Shown one piece after another: positions 20,654-27,747 of a DNA stretch of 32,698 nt. The stretch is from Rhodothermales bacterium (lineage in GTDB: Bacteria; Bacteroidota; Rhodothermia; Rhodothermales; UBA10348), in assembly GCA_030833605.1 (NCBI GenBank), contig JAURGV010000001.1, positions 1 to 32,698 of the forward strand. Reading direction: 5' to 3'. The notes below the pieces were generated by a model that worked only from the letters and a program-made list of their open reading frames with translations, was not told the DNA's origin and did no database searches. Numbering within the stretch: position 1 is the first letter of the stretch; each line of letters opens with the position of its first letter. The position numbers were made by a program, and so were the translations under genes.

Positions 20654-21640
20654 TTAATGAGACCGAACAGCCATTTTTTCAATTAGGGATTCTATGGTTA
20701 ATCGCCCAAGGCTCTCGGGAAGCAATTTTGCTAACCGCAACGCTTCGTTAGAATGATGACGTACCGCATTTTGGGTAGAGGAAAGTACGCCCATTTCATC
20801 CAGCAAATGCTTCGCCTTATCTACTTCGGTACTCGCCAACCCTCCGTTCTCAGCCACACGGTGAAAATAGGAATTCCCCGTGGTGGTTTCCACCCGAAGT
20901 GCTTCGAGCAAAAGGTATGCTTTTTTGCCCGACATCAAATCGCCGCCAACGGGTTTACCCCAGTCATCGGAATCAGCAGTTAGATCCAATAAATCATCCT
21001 GAATTTGAAAGGCCCTCCCCATATGGAATCCAATATGATCCAAATGTTGGAGGCTCTCTTTGTCCGCATTTCCCGTCAATCCACCTAAAATGAGGCTTGT
21101 TTTGATAAGTGCAGACGTTTTTTGGTCAATCATTTGGAGATATGCGTCCATTGAGACGTTGCTGGACGTTTCGAACTCCATATCTCGAATTTGCCCCTCG
21201 CAAAGTTCTCTGACCGTCAACGAGAAACGCTCTAGACCCGATCGCAATTGTTGATCAGGCAGGGCCAATAACATTTCTCCTGCCTTCCCCATTAAATAGT
21301 CGCCTACCAAAATGGCCGTGGCTTCATCCCATTTTGTATGGATGGTTGTACGACCTCTGCGAGTTTCGGCTTTGTCCATGATGTCGTCATGAACCAACGT
21401 GAAAATGTGAAACACTTCCATTGCGGTGCCTACTTGCACCGCTACGTCTCTATCGCCTGAAAAGGCATCGGCTGCGGCTAGCGTTAGCTGAGGACGTAAT
21501 CGCTTCCCTTTACTGTCCAATATGTACGAAACGGGTTCATACAGCCCTTTAGGTTCACTCAGAACCTTTAATTGGGTCAATACCTGTTCGACAGATTGTA
21601 GATTTTGCTGGAGAAACTCCAGAACGGTCGTTTTCTCCAT
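20654..21640 (-). CDS. polyprenyl diphosphate synthase (trans-isoprenyl diphosphate synthase family; chain length not inferable)
   Basis: The first Asp-rich motif is LVHDDIMDKAETRRG and the second is FQIQDDLLDL. The start is set at the ATG at 21640 (MEKTTV), because the track start at 21649 is a TTG. Confidence 0.88.
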   Translation of the reverse strand: MEKTTVLEFLQQNLQSVEQVLTQLKVLSEPKGLYEPVSYILDSKGKRLRPQLTLAAADAFSGDRDVAVQVGTAMEVFHIFTLVHDDIMDKAETRRGRTTIHTKWDEATAILVGDYLMGKAGEMLLALPDQQLRSGLERFSLTVRELCEGQIRDMEFETSSNVSMDAYLQMIDQKTSALIKTSLILGGLTGNADKESLQHLDHIGFHMGRAFQIQDDLLDLTADSDDWGKPVGGDLMSGKKAYLLLEALRVETTTGNSYFHRVAENGGLASTEVDKAKHLLDEMGVLSSTQNAVRHHSNEALRLAKLLPESLGRLTIESLIEKMAVRSH

Positions 21641-21658
21641 AATTCGCAAATGGGTCGA

Positions 21659-22297
21659 TTAACCGGCTGACTGTTTAATAGCGTCCAAGATACGCTCGTA
21701 AACCTGTTCAAACGAGCCCGTACCGTCAATTTCCTGAAGTAATCCAAGCGAACGATAATATTCTTGCACAGGATGCGTTTCCTGCTGATAGATATCCAAC
21801 CGATGCAAAATGGCTTCGGGAGTATCGTCCTTTCGTTGATTAATTACGCCTGGATCCACATCAGCTGGCGGTGGCTTAAAATCGAGGTGGTAGTTTTCTC
21901 CAGTAACCCGATTTACACGCCTTTTAGAAAGCCGGTCCACAATAATTTCGTTAGGGACAACTAGACTTAAGACCGTGCCCAGCGGGGAACCATGTTCTTC
22001 CAGGAATTCGGCGAGCCAATCGGCTTGCTCAATCGTTCGAGGATAGCCATCTAGCACAAAGCGGTCGTAGTTACACGAAGCGATGGCATCTTGCGCAAGG
22101 CTACGAACTACAGGGCCCGGTACCAATCTGCCTTGCTCAACATATTCAGCCGCTTTTAAGCCGAGGTCTGTTCCACTGCGAATAGCCCGACGCAGCAAAA
22201 TGCCGGTCGAAATATGAGCAACACCCTCACGTTCCGCTAAAAATTGTGCTTGAGAACCTTTACCAACTCCTGGAGGTCCGAATAAAACAATGCGCAT
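21659..22297 (-). CDS. adk: adenylate kinase
   Basis: This 212-aa ORF starts MRIVLFGPPGVGKGSQAQFLAE, which includes the P-loop. The lid region has no zinc-binding cysteines. Confidence 0.95.
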   Translation of the reverse strand: MRIVLFGPPGVGKGSQAQFLAEREGVAHISTGILLRRAIRSGTDLGLKAAEYVEQGRLVPGPVVRSLAQDAIASCNYDRFVLDGYPRTIEQADWLAEFLEEHGSPLGTVLSLVVPNEIIVDRLSKRRVNRVTGENYHLDFKPPPADVDPGVINQRKDDTPEAILHRLDIYQQETHPVQEYYRSLGLLQEIDGTGSFEQVYERILDAIKQSAG

Positions 22298-22387
22298 AAA
22301 TCAGATTTTGCCTTGGGGCCTTTACAAAATTCACAGACTTTATTTCACCCCAAAGAGGGTCAAATGATTCCATGAACTATTATTTAT

Positions 22388-22882
22388 TCAAGAAGAAGAC
22401 TCGTCTTTTTTACGATTTCTAAGATAACTGGCAAGTTCGGAACCCACCATGGATACGCCAGCCTGCATCACTTGCTTGAGTGCAGAGCTCAGCATACCCT
22501 CCGATTCCTTACTTAATCTCATGATGGGAGGCTGTTCTTCAAATGCCCTTTTGACGGCATCGTCTGAACTCGACCCGTGTTGAAGCAGATCCGCAATTCT
22601 CGATGCTAATTGGCTAGACAATCGAGAAACACCGTCGTCGTAGTCGATTTGTTTTGACGAAGACCGCCGTCCAAAAATAATCAGCCCCACTAGTAAACCC
22701 GCACCAACGGATAGCACAATCTTGGATGATTTGTGTTCTTTAATGAAAGAAGCCACGGAAGGCATTTTGCCAGGCATTTTTGATTCAAACGACTCGAAAC
22801 GACCCGAAATCGACTCGCTTTTCTCCTTCAGCCGTTTTTCTAGCTCCGCCCGGGATAACGATTCAGGGGGCATGTTACGCAT
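22388..22882 (-). CDS. hypothetical single-pass membrane protein
   Basis: This 164-aa ORF has a charged coiled N-terminus, one TM helix (IVLSVGAGLLVGLIIFG) and a Ser-rich amphipathic C-terminus. It overlaps the upstream gene by 8 nt. I recognise no family. Confidence 0.5.
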   Translation of the reverse strand: MRNMPPESLSRAELEKRLKEKSESISGRFESFESKMPGKMPSVASFIKEHKSSKIVLSVGAGLLVGLIIFGRRSSSKQIDYDDGVSRLSSQLASRIADLLQHGSSSDDAVKRAFEEQPPIMRLSKESEGMLSSALKQVMQAGVSMVGSELASYLRNRKKDESSS

Positions 22883-23351
22883 GATTCATCTGGTTAGGGT
22901 CAATCTGTTTTGGGGTTTCGTTTTCTTTTCCGGCAACCTCAGAGAGCTGCGCTACGGGTTCTGTTTGAATCGATTTTTGCTCCTCTCCCCTGCCAAATCG
23001 AGGTCTTGAACGATTTAACAGGAAGGCCAATCCGGCCATCACAACGCCCACAATGATATATCCGAAAGAAGGATGCCCCAGCCATAAACTCAAGGCTTCG
23101 GCAATGGCAATTAAAAACATGAGCCCCGCAAACACGCCTAAAACAGCCACCAGCAAAAGCGAAATAATCTTACTTGCAGCGGCTTCAATCCGCTCCTCTA
23201 CCTCGATTTGAAGCAATTTAACCCTTAGGTCCACCCAATCCTTGAGATCGTTGATCAATCCTTTGGTTTCCCGTGCGATCGACTTCAGCTTGGACTCGCT
23301 TCCAGGTTCTTCCGCTATCTTTTCGGTGGAGTTCTGTGTTTTTTCAGTCAT
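22875..23351 (-). CDS. holin-X-like (Phage_holin_3_6 family) membrane protein, chromosomal stress-type rather than phage
   Basis: This is a 158-aa ORF. LINDLKDWVDLRVKLLQIEVEERIEAAASKIISLLLVAVLGVFAGLMFLIAIAEALSLWLGHPSFGYIIVGVVMAGLAFLL shows an amphipathic helix followed by two TM helices, which is the pattern of that family. Confidence 0.55.
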   Translation of the reverse strand: MTEKTQNSTEKIAEEPGSESKLKSIARETKGLINDLKDWVDLRVKLLQIEVEERIEAAASKIISLLLVAVLGVFAGLMFLIAIAEALSLWLGHPSFGYIIVGVVMAGLAFLLNRSRPRFGRGEEQKSIQTEPVAQLSEVAGKENETPKQIDPNQMNHA

Positions 23352-23414
23352 AAAAATCGTAGGGATTCGTCAAGCCTATAATACGAACCAAAATCCATTC
23401 TGATTTCCGTTCAG

Positions 23415-24449
23415 CTACCTTCTAAGAAAAGAAACGTGGGATTTCCCGTCAGGATGCCAATCTAGGGCGGGCCGCTGGGCCTGCCCAATAGGCTCCCATC
23501 CCGGATGGTTCGAAACCAACTCGGCCGAAGAAAACACGCATTGAATCGAGTGCATATGGGCCGCGATAAATTCCGTTGGCTCCGTTATGGACGAATAGGG
23601 TACCCAACGTACGTGCCCTGGCGTTTGCACGTCGGGCGTTCCGCGCGATATTAGGAATTGGTAGTCGTCGTCAAAGGCATGAGGCGCACCGATCGCGGAC
23701 AGATAGGCTTCTTGCAATTTCAACGACCCTACGGTTGCGGGATGCGCCGGAGAAAGCGATCGGTGCGCCGAAAACCCGTCCAAAACTCCATCGATGGGCA
23801 TGTTTTCAGGAGCAAATACGATGGCGACACTTCTACAACCCATCCCTCCGTGCATTAGGGCATCTTCGGCCAGATCCAACAAAACATCTTCATTTTCAGT
23901 GCCGTCCAGAACAGCAACAGAATAGCGGTGACCTCGCAACCAACAATCTTCAGGCTTCAATCCCCCCTGCAATGCTTTTTCAGCAACTAGAGCCATCGTT
24001 TCGTCTGTCCCGGCGGCTATGATGCGACTCGCCTGCGAAAAAAGAACGTCTTGAGAGACCAAGTCAGCTCGCAATTCGGGGTATTCTCGTTTCAAATCGT
24101 CAACAAAAGCTGGAAATAGGAAAGAACTTTTGGACGAAACCGCCCCCAAATAGGAATGCCCGCTTAGCACAACGGCGATAAAATCCTGCAGCTCAACCAA
24201 TGGAATATTGCCGGGATTCAAAACCCCAACACAGGCAGAATTTGTCGTATTAAGCGTTGCTGCCCAACGAGTTAAATCCTCTTTACGCAACAAATCCATT
24301 TGCTGATTTACTGCGAACGCGATAGACTCCTCGGTAAACCGATTGTCTAGCTGAAGGGTCGATTCTGTTGCAAGAGCTCTCGCCGGATAATCGGGATCCG
24401 ACCATCGGGACGCTACACGTACCAATGCTTCTAAACTGTCCATGGTCAC
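23415..24449 (-). CDS. LuxC-like acyl-CoA reductase family protein (short Bacteroidota-type form)
   Basis: This is a 344-aa ORF. The motifs NPGNIPLVELQDFIAVVLSGH and LAEDALMHGGMGCRSVAIVFAP match my memory of the GNIPLVGFHDF and GLGCRSV motifs of short LuxC-like proteins. The start is either the GTG at 24449, which overlaps the crcB stop as GTGA, or the ATG at 24443. Confidence 0.6.
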   Translation of the reverse strand: MTMDSLEALVRVASRWSDPDYPARALATESTLQLDNRFTEESIAFAVNQQMDLLRKEDLTRWAATLNTTNSACVGVLNPGNIPLVELQDFIAVVLSGHSYLGAVSSKSSFLFPAFVDDLKREYPELRADLVSQDVLFSQASRIIAAGTDETMALVAEKALQGGLKPEDCWLRGHRYSVAVLDGTENEDVLLDLAEDALMHGGMGCRSVAIVFAPENMPIDGVLDGFSAHRSLSPAHPATVGSLKLQEAYLSAIGAPHAFDDDYQFLISRGTPDVQTPGHVRWVPYSSITEPTEFIAAHMHSIQCVFSSAELVSNHPGWEPIGQAQRPALDWHPDGKSHVSFLRR

Positions 24450-24832
24450 TTTACGGGTGCTATAAGGCTTTTTGCCAAGAGATATCCAACAAATACCGCC
24501 GCTATCGAGCCCACATTGTTTGCCAAAATGTTGGTAATGGCCAGTCCCGTTTTTCCGTCTTGGAATAGCGTCATGGAATCGAGGGCATAGGCCGAAAAAG
24601 TAGTAAATGCGCCCAGCATCCCTACCAAAACCAACGCATGGACCCGCTCTGGATTACCACTTCTATCTAACACAGCCCAAACAAAACCAGCTGCGAACGA
24701 TCCCAGGAGATTTACAGCCAGCGTTCCCCACGGAAAGCCAATGCCTATCCACCGGGAAGACCATAACGTCACCGAAAATCGCAGACCTGCTCCGAGAGCG
24801 CCTCCGAAAACGATGTAAAGAAGCTTAAACAC
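24446..24832 (-). CDS. crcB: fluoride efflux channel CrcB/FluC
   Basis: This 128-aa ORF has four TM helices. It contains the motifs FGGALGAGLRF, GTLAVNLLGSFAAGF and GMLGAFTTFSAYALD. It has a GTG start that overlaps the thiolase 3' end by 8 nt. Confidence 0.9.
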   Translation of the reverse strand: MFKLLYIVFGGALGAGLRFSVTLWSSRWIGIGFPWGTLAVNLLGSFAAGFVWAVLDRSGNPERVHALVLVGMLGAFTTFSAYALDSMTLFQDGKTGLAITNILANNVGSIAAVFVGYLLAKSLIAPVK

Positions 24833-26015
24833 GCTCGATCGCTATCGCCGTACCGCCACCAGTTCCATGGCAAATACTAGCCAATCCAAGTGATTTGTCT
24901 CTTTTAATCAAGGCATGGACAAGGGTCCCAATAATTCGGGCGCCCGACGCACCAATGGGATGACCCATAGCAATTGCACCGCCATTGACGTTGATTTTAT
25001 CGTAGGAAACACCCAGCATATCCCGAAACAGCACAGAGTTGATGGAAAAGGCCTCGTTGTTTTCGACTAAATCAAAATCCTGAATCCCTAATCCTGTTTT
25101 CTTGAGCATTTTGTGGACCGAAGGAATAGGTGCTTCGGCGAAGCGATACGGCTCACCCGCTACCCAAGAGCTTCCCAAAATCCGTGCGATGGGCTTGAGG
25201 CCGTGTTTTTTAACAGCGGATTCGCTGGCGATCATAATCGCAGCTGCTCCATCACTGATCTGGCTACTATTCCCTGCCGTTAAAACGCCTGCTTTGTCGA
25301 ATGCAGGGCGCAACTTGGCTAAGGATTCCTGAGTCGTGTCTGGGCGAATGCCTTCGTCTTTATTGAGCATTACGGTATCTCGACGAACCTGATACCCGAT
25401 TGGTGCTACTTCGGCGTCGAATGCACCCGAGGCCCAAGCCGCTTCAGCGCGAAGATGCGACATGAGCGCGACCTCATCCAACTGATCCCTCGTAATTCCT
25501 TTTTCAGCCGCCAAACGCTCGGTTTGGACGCCCATGGTCTCACCCGTCATGGGGTCGGTTAGTCCATCGTGAAGCAGCAAATCGGTTAAGCCTTCTGGAT
25601 TACCTATCAAGAACTTATATCCCCATCGAGCCCTATGGGATAGATAGAAACCGGTCCCTGACATAGACTCGGTACCTCCCGCCATGAGCAAATCCGCTTC
25701 CCCAGCTTTTATAAGCGTGGCAGCTTGCATAACGCTCATCATACCGGAAGAACACACCATATCTATGGTAAATCCATCTACAGAATCGGGAATGCCTGCT
25801 TTTAGTGCAGCCTGCCTAGGGATGAGTTGTCCCTGCCCTGCTCTAAGGATGTTTCCAAAAATGTATAAATCGAGATCCGCGGCATTCACTTTGCTTCTTT
25901 CGACAGAAGCTTTCATAACGTGGGCTGCCAGGTCGACGGCGGAATGATCTTTTAAGGCTCCTCCGAATGCTCCGATGGGAGTTCGAACAGCGTCTACAAT
26001 AAAAACGTCAGACAT
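24825..26015 (-). CDS. acetyl-CoA C-acetyltransferase (thiolase II type)
   Basis: The protein starts MSDVFIVDAVRTPIGAFGGALKD. The active-site Cys context is DMVCSSGM, and the C-terminal motifs are NVNGGAIAMGHPIGASGARI and ICHGTGGG. The start is the ATG at 26015, because the track start at 26021 is a TTG. Confidence 0.93.
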   Translation of the reverse strand: MSDVFIVDAVRTPIGAFGGALKDHSAVDLAAHVMKASVERSKVNAADLDLYIFGNILRAGQGQLIPRQAALKAGIPDSVDGFTIDMVCSSGMMSVMQAATLIKAGEADLLMAGGTESMSGTGFYLSHRARWGYKFLIGNPEGLTDLLLHDGLTDPMTGETMGVQTERLAAEKGITRDQLDEVALMSHLRAEAAWASGAFDAEVAPIGYQVRRDTVMLNKDEGIRPDTTQESLAKLRPAFDKAGVLTAGNSSQISDGAAAIMIASESAVKKHGLKPIARILGSSWVAGEPYRFAEAPIPSVHKMLKKTGLGIQDFDLVENNEAFSINSVLFRDMLGVSYDKINVNGGAIAMGHPIGASGARIIGTLVHALIKRDKSLGLASICHGTGGGTAIAIERV

Positions 26016-26096
26016 CAGCAAAAGGTAGAATAAGTGGTAGATGGACTTAGGATACCAAATACGACTTAGAACGCGCTGAGTTCGTTAAGAAAAGAC

Positions 26097-26378
26097 TTAA
26101 TCTAACCAGTCGGCCAAGGCAAGGTCATCTCGCGTGTTAAACGCAAAATATCCAATCAAAAGCCCGCGTATTAGCGCTTCCGCTTCTGAAGGTGAGACCA
26201 CAAATTTTTCGTCTTTGCACGAAATATGGAAAATTCCTTGGACCGCGTCGATTTCCGTGATCAAACCAAAGTCTTTACACAACTCTACCAATTCATCTAG
26301 AGACGGATTGGGATAGCTAGATTCCACGTTCGGGCGAACGGGCCGGATGGGTCGAATATTGGTTGCCGGAGCGATCAT
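26097..26378 (-). CDS. hypothetical 93-aa protein
   Basis: It has an ATG start, sits in the same orientation as its neighbours, and lies 81 nt upstream of the thiolase start. It has no TM helix or signal peptide and I recognise no motif. Whether it is coding is uncertain. Confidence 0.4.
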   Translation of the reverse strand: MIAPATNIRPIRPVRPNVESSYPNPSLDELVELCKDFGLITEIDAVQGIFHISCKDEKFVVSPSEAEALIRGLLIGYFAFNTRDDLALADWLD

Positions 26379-26409
26379 TTTCAGTCTGGACGCACGTAGG
26401 CGATCGTTA

Positions 26410-26448
26410 CTTTGGTTTAATTCCCTCCGAAAGAAGGGATTACCAAAG
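26410..26448 (-). other. long imperfect RNA hairpin between the bacilliredoxin gene and the 93-aa ORF
   Basis: The minus-strand transcript reads CUUUGGUAAUCCCUUC-UUUC-GGAGGGAAUUAAACCAAAG. It forms 16 bp (one G-U pair, with a 1-nt and a 2-nt bulge on the 3' arm) and a UUUC loop, with no U-tail after it. Confidence 0.4.
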
Positions 26449-26497
26449 CGGTATCGTACAAAACGAAAGACTTCTTAAGCTCGGCTAAGCGCGCTCG

Positions 26498-26983
26498 TTA
26501 CAATATCGACCTAAACGTAGGTGCGGATTCTTCAGAACTATCACCTTCCGATCCAGCAGTACCGCCACAAAAATTGGCGTACGCCCCAACCAGATCCGTT
26601 GCAATGGCTGATGCAGAACGACCTTCGATGTGTCTTCTTTCCAAAACAAATACGGGATCGCCGTCAGAAAGCAACGCGATAAAAGGAGATGAAGGTGGAA
26701 TTCCAGCCAAATACTGACGTACGCGAGCGGTTGCTTCGAGGTCTTGACCTGCGAACACCGTAACCATATCGTCAGGCTGCGCCTGTGATTGAAGCGCCAT
26801 TCTCACTGCTGGGCGTGCATTTGCCGCAGCACAACCGCAAACCGAATTAACGATTAGCAGGGTTGTTTTACCATCGCATTCAGCGAAGTATTCGTCGACT
26901 TCAATCGATGATTTTAACTCTTTTACTCCGAAGGAGGTTAATTCAGCTCGCATCGGGGCGACTAATGGCTCTGGATAAGGCAT
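26498..26983 (-). CDS. BrxA/BrxB-type bacilliredoxin (YphP/YqiW family, DUF1094)
   Basis: The start is set at MPYPEPLVAPMRAELTSFGVKEL, the 63rd codon of the track ORF. The redox motif is LLIVNSVCGCAAANARP. The segment GIPPSSPFIALLSDGDPVFVLERRHIEGRSA is family-typical. There is a ~20-aa acidic/Ser-rich C-terminal extension. Confidence 0.85.
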   Translation of the reverse strand: MPYPEPLVAPMRAELTSFGVKELKSSIEVDEYFAECDGKTTLLIVNSVCGCAAANARPAVRMALQSQAQPDDMVTVFAGQDLEATARVRQYLAGIPPSSPFIALLSDGDPVFVLERRHIEGRSASAIATDLVGAYANFCGGTAGSEGDSSEESAPTFRSIL

Positions 26984-27178
26984 CGAATCTATTTGGTCTA
27001 TTTGGATAATAAGATCGCAAACCAAAGGGTCTATGATTAGATCCAACCTGTGTTTGCAATTTCTGTTAAACCACACGCCATTCCAACGTCTATAACAGAT
27101 TTGCACAGATACCGGGATCTCGAAACGTGCTTTATGAGTACAACATTTTTTAAATACGCACTCAAGCAAGAGCGCATC

Positions 27179-27209
27179 CGCTGCTACCCCATCGTAGTAG
27201 CGTTTTTTT
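27179..27209 (+). terminator. intrinsic terminator/attenuator in the greA leader
   Basis: The stem is CGCTGCTAC-CCCATC-GTAGTAGCG (9 bp including one G-U pair, 6-nt loop), followed immediately by T7 at 27203-27209. It ends 53 nt upstream of the greA ATG. No plus-strand gene upstream could use it, because the next gene to the left is on the minus strand. Confidence 0.65.
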
Positions 27210-27262
27210 ATATCTATTTCTCTCGACTGTCCTTAACCGTAAAAGAAGAAATCAGCCGAACG

Positions 27263-27745
27263 ATGAGCGATCCAAAACCGACCTATCTCACGACCGAAGG
27301 ACTTCAAAACCTTAAAGACGAAATTCACTTTCTTCGTACGCAAGAGCGTCCTCGTATTTCGCAAGCTATAGCCGACGCTAGGGCCCAAGGAGACCTTTCG
27401 GAAAATGCTGAATACGATGCGGCAAAAGAAGAACAAGGACTATTGGAAGCTCGAATTGCCAAGTTAGAAAACACCGTGGCAACCGCACGATTGCTAGACG
27501 AAAGCCAAGTGGACTTATCAAAAGCCTATATTCTTTCAACCGTTAGTGTTAAAAACACCGCTAATGGGATGAAACAGGCGTATACCTTGGTTTCAGAACA
27601 AGAAGCTGATTTTACAGCCGGAAAAATTTCCATTACTAGCCCAATTGGCAAAGGGTTACTAGGGAAAACCGTAGGTGACAAAATCGACATCAAAGTCCCT
27701 GCAGGCAAAGTCACGTTGGAAATATTAGATATCTCTCGGAGCTAA
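27263..27745 (+). CDS. greA: transcription elongation factor GreA
   Basis: The protein starts MSDPKPTYLTTEGLQNLKDEIHFLRTQERPRISQAIADARAQGDLSENAEYDAAKEEQ, which includes the acidic tip DLSENAEYD. The C-terminal domain reads ISITSPIGKGLLGKTVGDKIDIKVPAG. The start is at the 72nd codon of the track ORF. Confidence 0.95.
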   Translation: MSDPKPTYLTTEGLQNLKDEIHFLRTQERPRISQAIADARAQGDLSENAEYDAAKEEQGLLEARIAKLENTVATARLLDESQVDLSKAYILSTVSVKNTANGMKQAYTLVSEQEADFTAGKISITSPIGKGLLGKTVGDKIDIKVPAGKVTLEILDISRS

Positions 27746-27747
27746 CC

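Noticed and set aside
22875-23351. A 'phage holin family' gene as a sign of a prophage or lysis cassette.
   Set aside because: There is no endolysin, spanin, structural, terminase or integrase gene nearby, and the neighbours are housekeeping genes. This family is widespread in non-phage chromosomal contexts.
23576-24022. A 148-aa plus-strand ORF antisense to the LuxC-like gene. Similar antisense ORFs lie at 12917-13312, 13553-13921, 14471-14839, 19746-20063, 20315-20686 and 27742-28122.
   Set aside because: All are embedded opposite well-supported genes. They are rich in Arg/Ser/Pro, as expected for antisense frames of ~50% GC coding DNA, and none has independent support.
26022-26096. Possible fluoride riboswitch upstream of the thiolase-crcB unit.
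   Set aside because: Reading the minus strand, I find none of the conserved crcB-motif segments (GGnGAUGG ... CUGAUGAUGCC-like). The gap to the preceding ORF is only 75 nt. Only a covariance-model search could formally exclude it.
26988-27005. Tandem 9-mer TCTATTTGG x2 located 4 nt upstream of the bacilliredoxin ATG (CCAAATAGA x2 on the coding strand).
   Set aside because: It has only two copies of 9 nt and could easily arise by chance or slippage. It is not a CRISPR or a satellite, and a regulatory role cannot be argued from the sequence alone.
26984-27169. N-terminal extensions offered by the ORF track: bacilliredoxin (+62 aa), greA (27050-27262, +71 aa), nagB (30734-30880, +49 aa), BamB-like (15553-15678, +42 aa), HPr (20623-20682, +20 aa) and mscL (6357-6398, +14 aa).
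   Set aside because: The extensions have implausible composition or overlap the upstream gene, and the greA one contains the leader terminator. In each case an internal ATG yields the canonical family N-terminus or a proper signal peptide and lipobox.
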